Of a stretch of DNA of 64,000 nt, positions 55,183 through 64,000 are shown one piece after another. The stretch lies in assembly GCA_963837175.1 (NCBI GenBank), contig CAWIMJ010000009.1, positions 32,001 through 96,000 of the forward strand. The letters are read 5' to 3'. Within the stretch, counting starts at the first letter, position 1. Each line of letters opens with the position of its first letter. The DNA comes from an uncultured Nitrososphaeraceae archaeon. GTDB taxonomy: Archaea > Thermoproteota > Nitrososphaeria > Nitrososphaerales > Nitrososphaeraceae. The notes beneath the pieces were generated by a model. That model searched no databases. It was not told the DNA's origin and saw only the letters and a list, made by a program, of their open reading frames with translations. Both the position numbers and the translations under genes were made by a program.

Positions 55183-55461
55183 ATGAGTATAAAATATCAA
55201 GAAAGCAAAATAACATTGATTGTAACTGCAGTTTCGACCATACTTGTGGTGTCGTTATTTAGCGTTGGCAGCCAATTAACAAACAATGCATTAGCGCAAT
55301 CTAACACAAATCAAAGTGATGTTGCAGTGATTGAAAATCAGCAGCATGATACTGATATGTTTAATCATACAGAGAAAGAGAATAAAACAAAAACTCCAAT
55401 AACAGAAATTAATAACACTGAAATTGGAATAGCAACTCCAACTGCAGACTCACTAAAATAA
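55183..55461 (+). CDS. Small secreted protein
   Basis: Signal ending ALAQ; Asn/Thr-rich. Confidence 0.65.
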   Translation: MSIKYQESKITLIVTAVSTILVVSLFSVGSQLTNNALAQSNTNQSDVAVIENQQHDTDMFNHTEKENKTKTPITEINNTEIGIATPTADSLK

Positions 55462-55495
55462 AATAAGATGGGACTAATGTCATTGTTGGCTTTGA

Positions 55496-55780
55496 TTATT
55501 TATGAAAAGTAGCACCAAGCACTAACAGCGAAAACCCAACCACACCAATAATAATAAACACCATTTCAGCATATAACGGAGATATTACCCCAAAAATATT
55601 GTTTGGGCGTTGAGTTGTCGGATTTAGCTGTTGTTGAGCTGCCTCGTTTATTACAATAGAACCGAAAGAGATAGCACCAATAAATCCAATTGCTAACATA
55701 ATGGCACCGCTGATTATCAAGAGTCTCTTTTTCATAGTAAATGCAGCCAATCCAGCACCAACTGTGGCCTCTTTTTTCAT
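55496..55780 (-). CDS. Small 2-TM membrane protein
   Basis: Two hydrophobic helices. Confidence 0.65.
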   Translation of the reverse strand: MKKEATVGAGLAAFTMKKRLLIISGAIMLAIGFIGAISFGSIVINEAAQQQLNPTTQRPNNIFGVISPLYAEMVFIIIGVVGFSLLVLGATFHK

Positions 55781-56378
55781 AATGTAGTATACAAACAGGC
55801 TGTTATACTACATAATAAGTGATAATATTTATATCTTAATTACTACTTCAGTAAAATGTTATGAATACGACATCTAGAACTCTTTGCTATTAATATTAAC
55901 AGTATGAATAAAAGGGGCTGTGCATAAATGTATAAGATAATGTATTTATATATATGTATATAAGTATCCCATGATTGTTCCATATTATTTTGTATACATA
56001 ATGATCAGGTATGTTAAACTCTTAATATGATGTCCAAATATTAGTTAACAATAACATTCTGATAATAATAATTATTATAATAATTATACCATTTCTGTAG
56101 TAGCAAAGGGGTGCCAAATAACAATTTTATGCCTGACGAATTAGAACCAAACAATTTCTATGGCTCATTATGGCAGGTTATTCTTTATCCATAACATTCA
56201 AAAATCAAGTCCTTTGTCATTTGTAATATATAATCGTTGATTAGTTGTCCAAAAAATACAAAGATGAAAGTTACAATCGTCGTTATTTTTTGTGATTAAA
56301 AACACTATCTCTCAGACTAAGCTTATTCATCCCACAACACTAATACAAGTGGTTCATGCAATTAAATTGTTAAAATAT

Positions 56379-57275
56379 ATGCTGAGTGAAGGAAATGATT
56401 TACGTGAAAAGAAATTGCGAGGTTCTGGTGGATATGTTTTTGCTAATGTAACAGATGAGGAACAGAAAAAAGGAAACCTCGGAGGCCCTGAATTATTTCT
56501 CGCTGGAGTAGGTAGGTTAAATGAGGACAGGTTTTCAAAATACTACTGTAACAAATGTGAGAAGGAATATGAAGGATCTCCTGCAATACATTATGAAAAT
56601 CCAAATGAAGATCTTGGAGAGGATGTTACTCTTGTAGAAAAAGGTGAATACAAATGCAGTACTTGCAACAATATTATCGCACAATATCGTAAATTCGATG
56701 CTCCTGCTGTTCAGACTACCGTAAATACTCCAAATACATCCAAGCAAACACAGTACTCTGAAGATAATAAATATAAATTGCCTTCTTCCTCTATAACTTC
56801 ACAACAACAAGAAAGATCTACTTCTCCTAGCACTGTAGATATGAGTAATATTACACAGGCTCACGCAGTCGATGATAAAGGAACAGGATTTATTTCTATT
56901 CAATCCCTTGTTGGTATGCCTGCATATAATAGCGAAGCAATGCTAATGGGAAGAGTTGCGGAAATTGGATTACGCAGATTGCAAGGAAGAAACATGCAAA
57001 TTACTCTCAAAATTGCAAATGAGGATAATGAGGCTAATAATAGTAGTAGTAGTAGCAGCCATAATCAATCAACTGAGGTTTCATGGGAAAATATTTCAAA
57101 AATTGGAGATATAATCCTTGTAGTTGGAAAGAGAGAAGTAATCCCGACTCCTGATTCTGGTACTGACGCTACTGTAACTAACAGGTCAGGTAATAAGAAG
57201 TGTTCATCATGTGGTTATCAAAATCAAGAAGATGCTGTTTTTTGTGAAGAATGTGGAAATAAGTTGGTTAAATGA
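56379..57275 (+). CDS. Zinc-ribbon and PRC-barrel domain protein
   Basis: YCNKC..YKCSTC, PRC-like LVGMPAYNSEAMLMGRV..VSWENISKIGDIIL, C-terminal CSSCG..FCEECG. The likely start is the ATG at 56379. Confidence 0.85.
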   Translation: MLSEGNDLREKKLRGSGGYVFANVTDEEQKKGNLGGPELFLAGVGRLNEDRFSKYYCNKCEKEYEGSPAIHYENPNEDLGEDVTLVEKGEYKCSTCNNIIAQYRKFDAPAVQTTVNTPNTSKQTQYSEDNKYKLPSSSITSQQQERSTSPSTVDMSNITQAHAVDDKGTGFISIQSLVGMPAYNSEAMLMGRVAEIGLRRLQGRNMQITLKIANEDNEANNSSSSSSHNQSTEVSWENISKIGDIILVVGKREVIPTPDSGTDATVTNRSGNKKCSSCGYQNQEDAVFCEECGNKLVK

Positions 57276-57300
57276 CAGTTAAATGACAACACAAAATTAT

Positions 57301-59421
57301 TTATCCCTTCCTCAATCCGATTCGTACGTCCACTGCTCGGGCTCCTTTTCCTTCTTCTAATACCAATAATGGATTCATATCAAATTCTTCAATTTCAGGA
57401 AAGTCAGTAACTAACTGTGAGAGTCTTTGAAGACTGTCTACTATTGCTTTCAAATCTGATGGTTTCTCCCCCCTAACTCCTTTCAATATCTTTATCGTTT
57501 TTATCGATTGAATCATTCTTATTGCTTCCTGCTCATCAATCGGTGCAATCCTAAACACAACATCTTTAAGAAGTTCAACATAAATACCTCCAAGACCAAA
57601 CATTATAACCGGCCCAAATAATGGGTCTTGTTTTGATCCAAGAATTGTTTCCTTCCCGGATTTTACCATTTCCTGCACAAGGACTCCTTTGATTGTTGCG
57701 TTGGCATTGTATTTCTTTGCATTAGCCATTACTGTATTAAATCCCGCTTTCACCTCATCATCGTTTTTAACTCCGACTCTGACCCCACCAGCGTCTGATT
57801 TGTGGATTATATCTTGTGATGATATCTTCATTACAACGGGATAACCGATCTCCTGAGCAGCTTTGACACATTCATTTTCGCTAGTTCCAAGAATACTTTT
57901 TGGAGTAGGAAAGCCATATGAAGTAAGAACTTCATAACCCTCTTCCTCTAATAGATTTGTTCTGCCTTGATTTAGAACATTAGCAAAAACTGTCTTTACT
58001 CTTTCTACGTCTGCCTTAAATCGTTTTGATTCACCTTTAGGACTTGTTAACCAATTTCTGAAGCGATACATTGCTTCAAGGCTTCTTATTGCCTGTTCAG
58101 CATACATGAAATGTGGTATTCCTCCATCGGATAGAATCTGTTTGTTTTCAGTACCCTCTGCAAGACCCATCAATGCGGCTAACATTGTTTTGTCAGAACC
58201 TTTTGACTTATTAACAATAGTCCTTGCTAGCTCATTGTAATCCAAAGTAGCTGATGGAGTACACATTGTTACTACTGAGTCTACATTGTTATTTGATAAT
58301 ATTTCATCTAATACCTTTTCAAAGCGCTTAAAATCTGCATCACCTACTATATCTATAGGGTTTCTTGCAGATCCGTGGGCTGGAATTACTTTAGTAATAG
58401 CCTCGCTCGATGCAGATATATCAGCCATCTTAAGGCCATACTTTGAACAGGCATCAGTAGAAATAATAGCAGGTCCGCCAGCATTTGATACTATAACAAC
58501 TCCTCCTCCTTTCTGTGAAGGTATCGGCTGTTTGGAAAAGGCTGTGGACAGTTCAAATAACTCTTGCATAGTATCTACTCTAATTACTCCAGACTGAGTA
58601 AATAGAGAATCATAAATTTCGTCAGATCCCATTAACGCTCCTGTATGCGACATAGCAGCTTTGGCACCTTCTGGTGTTCTGCCAGCTTTTAATACCATAA
58701 TTGGTTTTCCATCCTTGGTAATTCTTTTAGCAATTTCCATAAATCTTCGACCATTATGTATATCTTCGAGATACATCACAATAACCCTAGTATCTATATC
58801 TTCAGACAATAATTCCAGAACATCATTTTCATTCATGTCTACTTTGTTACCCATACTGATTACTTTTGAAAAGCCAATGCCTTGAGCCATAGCGTCTTCT
58901 ACTGTGGCTGCGCAGATCGCACCACTCTGAGAGACCAGAGCAATTCCACCATGTTTTGGTGTAATTTTTAAAAAAGTCGCATTCATCATATTTTTTTCAG
59001 ATAAGCTCATAATTCCAAGACAATTTGGACCTATGATCCTTGTGCCGTACTTTCTTCCAATTGTTCCAACCTCTTCTTCGAGCCTTCTACCTTGCTCATC
59101 AACTTCTTTGAATCCTGCAGAAACTATAATTGCACCTTTAATTTTTTTCTTGCCAATCTCTTCCATGACGGAAGCTACTATTCTATTTGGAGTTGCAACT
59201 ACTGCAAGATCAATATCTTCAGGAACATCAAGAACACTTTTGTAAGCTTGCAGTCCAAAGATTGTAGGATTAGAAGGAGTAATTGGATATATTTTGCCAT
59301 TGTATCCATTTTTGATGTTAGAAAAGATCGCTTTGCCAATTCCTTGTTTTTCTGAAGCTCCAATAACAGCGATAGATCTAGGAGAAAGAAAGATGTTCTT
59401 TGAGTCGTTAGACGACGACAT
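57301..59421 (-). CDS. ADP-forming acyl-CoA synthetase, most likely 4-hydroxybutyrate-CoA ligase of the thaumarchaeal 3HP/4HB cycle
   Basis: Fused CoA-binding and ATP-grasp domains: SIAVIGAS, GPNCLG, SQSGAICAA, phospho-His in AAMSHTGALMGSD, HKSDAGGV. Matches my recollection of the AOA 4HB-CoA ligase rather than the 3HP-CoA ligase. Confidence 0.85.
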   Translation of the reverse strand: MSSSNDSKNIFLSPRSIAVIGASEKQGIGKAIFSNIKNGYNGKIYPITPSNPTIFGLQAYKSVLDVPEDIDLAVVATPNRIVASVMEEIGKKKIKGAIIVSAGFKEVDEQGRRLEEEVGTIGRKYGTRIIGPNCLGIMSLSEKNMMNATFLKITPKHGGIALVSQSGAICAATVEDAMAQGIGFSKVISMGNKVDMNENDVLELLSEDIDTRVIVMYLEDIHNGRRFMEIAKRITKDGKPIMVLKAGRTPEGAKAAMSHTGALMGSDEIYDSLFTQSGVIRVDTMQELFELSTAFSKQPIPSQKGGGVVIVSNAGGPAIISTDACSKYGLKMADISASSEAITKVIPAHGSARNPIDIVGDADFKRFEKVLDEILSNNNVDSVVTMCTPSATLDYNELARTIVNKSKGSDKTMLAALMGLAEGTENKQILSDGGIPHFMYAEQAIRSLEAMYRFRNWLTSPKGESKRFKADVERVKTVFANVLNQGRTNLLEEEGYEVLTSYGFPTPKSILGTSENECVKAAQEIGYPVVMKISSQDIIHKSDAGGVRVGVKNDDEVKAGFNTVMANAKKYNANATIKGVLVQEMVKSGKETILGSKQDPLFGPVIMFGLGGIYVELLKDVVFRIAPIDEQEAIRMIQSIKTIKILKGVRGEKPSDLKAIVDSLQRLSQLVTDFPEIEEFDMNPLLVLEEGKGARAVDVRIGLRKG

Positions 59422-59668
59422 ATAAAAATAAAATTAAGGTATGATAGTTATAAATGCATCCTATACAAGAAAACACTATGACATAGTTTACATATTATCT
59501 ATCTAAAACCTACATTCCCAAATTTATGTCATCATTTTTTGTAATAGAAGATATTGAATTAATTGAAGAGGGAACTAGTATAGGGTTGCGTATACTATCT
59601 CTTCTGCTTATCTAATATTCAATCAATAAACAGTAACCTTTAATTTCTATTGCTAAAGAGAAAATTTA

Positions 59669-61054
59669 TTGAGTAATATAATTAGCACAACAGTTGATTC
59701 CGAGACTAGAGGTCTTATTTCTGACCTACAGGCCTTGATCAGGCAGCCAAGTGTTTCTGCAAGACGAGTAGGCCTTTTGGAATGTGCCAACCTTGTGGCA
59801 CATATTATGCTTAAATCAGGAATTAACTCTGAAGTATTATACCTTGATAACGATGATTTGAAGAATGCTAAAAAAGATGTTCCGCCTATAGTTTATGGAG
59901 AAGTTAAATCAAAAGCAAATCCTAATGGAAGAACAATTTTATTTTACAATCATTATGATGTTCAACCTGAAGAACCTTTGGAGTTATGGAAAGCAGATCC
60001 ATTTAGTGGTAAAGTTGAAGGTAACTATATCTTTGGGCGTGGATCTTCAGACGATAAGGGTGAACTAATTACTCGCATTAAGGCAGTAGAGTATTTTCTA
60101 AAGAAGACTGGCGACGTACCATGTAATGTGAAATTTATTGTTGAAGGCGAGGAAGAAATTGGAAGCTTGCATATTGAAAAGTACCTTACCAAGTATCGAC
60201 ATAAACTTGCATGTGATGGAGTAATCTGGGAATTTGGTTATATTGATGAAAGAGATCGGCCCATCATTAGTTTAGGAATGAAGGGATTGCTTTACATTGA
60301 ACTAATAGCTAAAGGACCGTCTAGAGATGCTCATTCAAGTCTAGCAGTATTAATTGAAAACCCCGCGTGGCAACTTGTAAGAGCACTAAACACAATGAGA
60401 GACCACAATGGAAAAATATTGATCAAAGATTGGTATAAAGATGTAAGAGAATTCACTCCTAAAGAACTTGCATTAATAGCTAATGAGCCATTTGATGAGG
60501 AGAAATTTAAAAAAGAGTATGGAATAGATAAGTTTGTTAATAATGTAACAGGAATGGGATCTAACATGGCATTTGTTGGAATGGCCACATGCAATATCGC
60601 TGGTCTTTTATCAGGCTATACAGGCGAGGGTGCCAAAACTGTTCTTCCTTCAGACGCCAAAGCTAAAATTGATTTTAGACTTGTTCCTGATATGATTCCT
60701 GAAAAACAGTTTGAGCTCATCAAAAATCATCTAAAGGATAATGGATTCGAAGATGATATCGATATAAAGTTAATCCATGGTGAGGCAGCCATAAGAATAC
60801 CTCTTAATCATTCTTTTGTAAAGCAGGTCGAAGAATCAGCGAAGGAGACTTTTGGTTCGGCGATTATTAGTATATCCTCCGCTGGAACCGGACCGATGCA
60901 TACCTTTGCCAAAATACTTTGCGCACCTTGTGTTTCTGTTGGTAGTACATATATGTATGCGAAAATTCATTCGCCAAATGAATTTGCAAGAATTGATCTG
61001 CTAAATAAGACAACAAAATGTATTGGCGCTATTTTAGACAAGTTTGCTAGCTAA
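59669..61054 (+). CDS. M20/M25/M40 family metallopeptidase or deacylase
   Basis: YNHYDVQP, GRGSSDDKG, EGEEEIGS, IHSPNE. Confidence 0.92.
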   Translation: MSNIISTTVDSETRGLISDLQALIRQPSVSARRVGLLECANLVAHIMLKSGINSEVLYLDNDDLKNAKKDVPPIVYGEVKSKANPNGRTILFYNHYDVQPEEPLELWKADPFSGKVEGNYIFGRGSSDDKGELITRIKAVEYFLKKTGDVPCNVKFIVEGEEEIGSLHIEKYLTKYRHKLACDGVIWEFGYIDERDRPIISLGMKGLLYIELIAKGPSRDAHSSLAVLIENPAWQLVRALNTMRDHNGKILIKDWYKDVREFTPKELALIANEPFDEEKFKKEYGIDKFVNNVTGMGSNMAFVGMATCNIAGLLSGYTGEGAKTVLPSDAKAKIDFRLVPDMIPEKQFELIKNHLKDNGFEDDIDIKLIHGEAAIRIPLNHSFVKQVEESAKETFGSAIISISSAGTGPMHTFAKILCAPCVSVGSTYMYAKIHSPNEFARIDLLNKTTKCIGAILDKFAS

Positions 61055-61308
61055 TATTGAAGTTAAAACCGCATAGAATATCTCGAGTCACCCCATTTGC
61101 CAATAAGAAGTAAAGATAATAATGCGCTCTAATGTAATAAAAGCAAATTACACACCACGTAATATGCAGAAGATAATTATTATTGTGGTGAACTAGTTTT
61201 AGTTGTTTTTAGTTGTAGAGTTAATAGTATTTATAAAATTACAATAATATTGAGCTTGTCAGAGAATATTTCCAACTAGCGCTTTAATCGCTATATTCTA
61301 TTGTTGAA

Positions 61309-61950
61309 TCAAAACTTGACTCCAAGCTTTTGAAAAATAATTTTTTCTGAAGGTCGTGTAGGGTGAGATATTATCTCTAAAGAAAGGTCATCTTCATTCA
61401 TCATTTCTACATTTAGCTTCACAATGCTTTTTTTGTGTAAAAGTCGTTTGCTAGTTGGAGATTGAATCCATTCTGTGTATTTTTTATAACGGATCATACT
61501 CGTTGCGAGAATTGGAACATTCAGATGTGTGCCATGTTTTAACAATAACATGAGAAAAATTGAAAGTAGATGATTTATATTACTAAATCCTCTTCCTGAC
61601 TCGATATCAATTTTCTTGTAATACATATTATAAAAGTTATTGATAGAATCAAAAATAACAATTGATGAATCATACATATCTTCAATGACATCTTTTAAAA
61701 TTGACTCGAATCTATCTTCTGTTGGAAGATAAATATTAATTGTTTTACTAATATATTTTTTATTTTTTAATAACAATATTAAGTCTGCCTTCGCATATGC
61801 CGCAAACATGGTATCAAGATCAATATATATTACTTTTTTTTGACACCATGATGATATCATAGAAGTAAAACAAAGCTTTGCATAGGGATCATTATATGTT
61901 AGGCTATTCAATCCCTTTGTACTAAAGATATCATTATAGGCAGTATCCAC
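61309..61950 (-). CDS. Degenerate RecA/KaiC-like P-loop fold hypothetical protein
   Basis: KVIYIDLD and IVIFDSIN (Walker B-like) with no intact Walker A. The GTG at 61950 was chosen to avoid overlap with the divergent gene. Confidence 0.65.
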   Translation of the reverse strand: MDTAYNDIFSTKGLNSLTYNDPYAKLCFTSMISSWCQKKVIYIDLDTMFAAYAKADLILLLKNKKYISKTINIYLPTEDRFESILKDVIEDMYDSSIVIFDSINNFYNMYYKKIDIESGRGFSNINHLLSIFLMLLLKHGTHLNVPILATSMIRYKKYTEWIQSPTSKRLLHKKSIVKLNVEMMNEDDLSLEIISHPTRPSEKIIFQKLGVKF

Positions 61951-61965
61951 TTCTATATTGGTTAT

Positions 61966-63174
61966 ATGGATGATGCAGGATATAATGGATTTTATGGTGA
62001 TAATGGCATTGAATTTGATCTGATTCAAAAGGACTTTCCAGTTACAAGAAAGAAAGTTTACATGAATAATGGAGCCATTGCTCCAACTCCAATCTCTACA
62101 ATCAAATCAATTACTGACTTTCTTTTAAAATGTTCTGAAGATGGACCTGATTCTAAAATAACATACGACTATATCGTTTCATTAATGAAAGAACTACGTA
62201 CTCGAATTACTCATATAATAAATTGTGATCCTAATGAAATTGTATTCACTCAGAGCACTACAGAAGGCCTCAATTATGTCTGCAATGGTATAGACTGGAA
62301 AAAAAATGATTCTGTTATTATTAGAGGTGGACCTCAAGAACATTATGCTAATTACCTGCCATGGCTGCAATTATCAAAAAGAAAAGTTGTAAAACTAAAC
62401 GAATTAGAGATTGATGAAAATGGATATTTTGATCTTACAAATTTAGAGAAATTGGCAAAAAAGAAAAATACAAAACTAATCACATTGAGTCATGCACTTT
62501 ATAATTCTGGTGCAATAATGCCGGTTGAGGAGACTGGTAAAATTGCACGTGAAAATAATGTCTTATATTGTATCGATGCTGCCCAGACAGTGGGCTCAAT
62601 TAAAGTGGATGTAAAGAAAATAGGTTGTGATTTTATGGCATTTCCTGGATTTAAATGGCTGTGTGGACCTGTTGGTATTGGAATATTTTATTGTAGTAAA
62701 AATGCTGGTGATCTTCTAAGGCCACAATCTATCGGAGGAGAATCGGCAATACTGTCAGATCAGAAAGTTATTGCCTATATTGAATCTCCTCAAAAATTTC
62801 AGACCGGATTTCGGAATTATCCTGGTGTTGCAGGATTGGAATCCTCATTACGGTATATTTTACGTTTAGGTATCGCAAATATTCATAAGAATAATATAAA
62901 AATCGGAAATATATTACGAAGTGAACTTTTGAAGATCCCTGGCATTAAAATTCATGGACCAGAAGATGAAAAAACAAGAACATCCATAATTCCATTTTCC
63001 TCTTCTAATTCAGAGGCTAAAACTCTCGTAGATAAACTGGAACAAAATGAAATTATATTTGCTGAAAGGGATATTGGTGGTGGAAAAAAGATAGTTAGAG
63101 CGTCACCACACTTTTTTAATAGGGAGGAAGATGCTTTAAAGGCAGTGAATTGTATTAAAAGTATTTTGAGATGA
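61966..63174 (+). CDS. PLP-dependent class V aminotransferase (cysteine desulfurase-like fold)
   Basis: YMNNGA, FTQSTTEG, DAAQ, Schiff-base Lys in FPGFKWLCGP, VRASPHFFN. Confidence 0.9.
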   Translation: MDDAGYNGFYGDNGIEFDLIQKDFPVTRKKVYMNNGAIAPTPISTIKSITDFLLKCSEDGPDSKITYDYIVSLMKELRTRITHIINCDPNEIVFTQSTTEGLNYVCNGIDWKKNDSVIIRGGPQEHYANYLPWLQLSKRKVVKLNELEIDENGYFDLTNLEKLAKKKNTKLITLSHALYNSGAIMPVEETGKIARENNVLYCIDAAQTVGSIKVDVKKIGCDFMAFPGFKWLCGPVGIGIFYCSKNAGDLLRPQSIGGESAILSDQKVIAYIESPQKFQTGFRNYPGVAGLESSLRYILRLGIANIHKNNIKIGNILRSELLKIPGIKIHGPEDEKTRTSIIPFSSSNSEAKTLVDKLEQNEIIFAERDIGGGKKIVRASPHFFNREEDALKAVNCIKSILR

Positions 63175-63186
63175 TTATTATTATTA

Positions 63187-63447
63187 CTATTGCTTCCCTT
63201 TATTCTCTTGACCTTCGATCACAATCATAGTAAGAGTTGATCTTACTTTATCAATTCTTCTTACATGCCAAGTGATAGTTTCCCTCAGTTTATCCATTGT
63301 ATCTGATCTAATCTTAAGAATTATGTCATAAACACCGTAGACTCCGCTAACTTCAATGACTTCAGGTAATTTTTTCAGTTCTTTTAAAATCTCTTCCTCA
63401 GAGCCAAGGTCGCAGTTTATTAGAACATATGCCGTCGGCATGGTCAA
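63187..63447 (-). CDS. Stand-alone Lrp/AsnC ligand-binding (RAM) domain protein
   Basis: AYVLINC..GVYGVYDII..VRRIDKVRSTLTMIV. Confidence 0.92.
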   Translation of the reverse strand: MTMPTAYVLINCDLGSEEEILKELKKLPEVIEVSGVYGVYDIILKIRSDTMDKLRETITWHVRRIDKVRSTLTMIVIEGQENKGKQ

Positions 63448-63728
63448 TAATTATATTCTGCGAGTATTAAACTGTTTTTAGTTTATAGAGGGGTTGAACA
63501 AAAAAACACAAAGAAATAATTGAAAATAATTAATTCTCCTATGAAAATATGCAAATAAAGAGTTAGAAAGACGAAACAATTCAATTCATCATATCAGCCG
63601 AGTCTTATATAAGACTTGTTCAGAGATTAATAAAAGAGAGAGTGCTGTTTTAGAATATATTGGGAATATAAACAATCAATATGTTTTCTTTTGTCTATTT
63701 TTTATTCTCTTCTTCATAATAGTTTTTG

Positions 63729-64000
63729 TTATTCAGAAGCAATAGCAATATGCTTGGCAAATCGAGTGCACATTAGCAGATGTTTTTTCTCTTCTTGTAA
63801 AATTGATTTTACCTTAGTTGCAAATTGTCTGTTTTTAACACTTTTTGCCATTGCATTTAAGACCTCATAATGTGTTACCTCACCACCTTCTGCTAGACAC
63901 AGAAATTCTATTGCTTCTGAAGAGTCAGGTTCTTCACCAAGATATATTTTCATCATCTCTGAAGCTTTTTGTTTAGTTTCTTCTGCCACTTCTTGAATAT
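63729..64000 (-). CDS. Ferritin-like domain protein, 5' part outside the window
   Basis: EFLCLAEGGEVTHYEVL...ILQEEKKH (ExxH-type motifs). Confidence 0.75.
   Translation of the reverse strand, partial: IQEVAEETKQKASEMMKIYLGEEPDSSEAIEFLCLAEGGEVTHYEVLNAMAKSVKNRQFATKVKSILQEEKKHLLMCTRFAKHIAIASE

Noticed and set aside
58286-59355. Several plus- and minus-strand ORFs inside the CoA ligase gene, and similar ORFs within the MFS, HdeD, HxlR and PadR genes
   Set aside because: Antisense or alternate-frame shadows of well-supported genes.
61951-62028. Long head-to-head overlap of ORFs 61309-62028 and 61966-63174
   Set aside because: Probably an over-extended start call. A GTG at 61950 removes the overlap.

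Overview
AT-rich archaeal chromosome segment, most likely from an ammonia-oxidising archaeon of the Nitrososphaeraceae. Evidence: an ADP-forming 4-hydroxybutyrate-CoA ligase of the 3HP/4HB cycle, FEN1, DUF106/EMC3, a stand-alone Lrp/AsnC domain, a cupredoxin, and TATA boxes about 25-30 nt before start codons. About 1-34 kb is an accessory region rich in pseudogenes. It holds membrane and lipid genes (three HdeD/DUF308 paralogs, two patatin loci with one split onto opposite strands, a GH5 endoglycoceramidase-like hydrolase, an isoprenoid-synthase-fold protein beside a SnoaL-like protein, TMEM175, a K+ channel, MscS, two MFS transporters), an IS630 relic, a candidate structured RNA and secreted tandem-repeat proteins, including a long (GGX)n glycine-rich protein. 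About 34-64 kb is more core-like, but also carries an orphan Ku, a solo Cas4-like nuclease, an HNH nuclease and a degenerate nucleotide cyclase. Two near-identical inverted copies of a ~115-bp IS630-type MITE lie at 33570 and 46116. No rRNA, tRNA or CRISPR array was seen. Several single-base frameshifts could be sequencing indels rather than real pseudogenisation. All family assignments come from motif recognition, not database searches.
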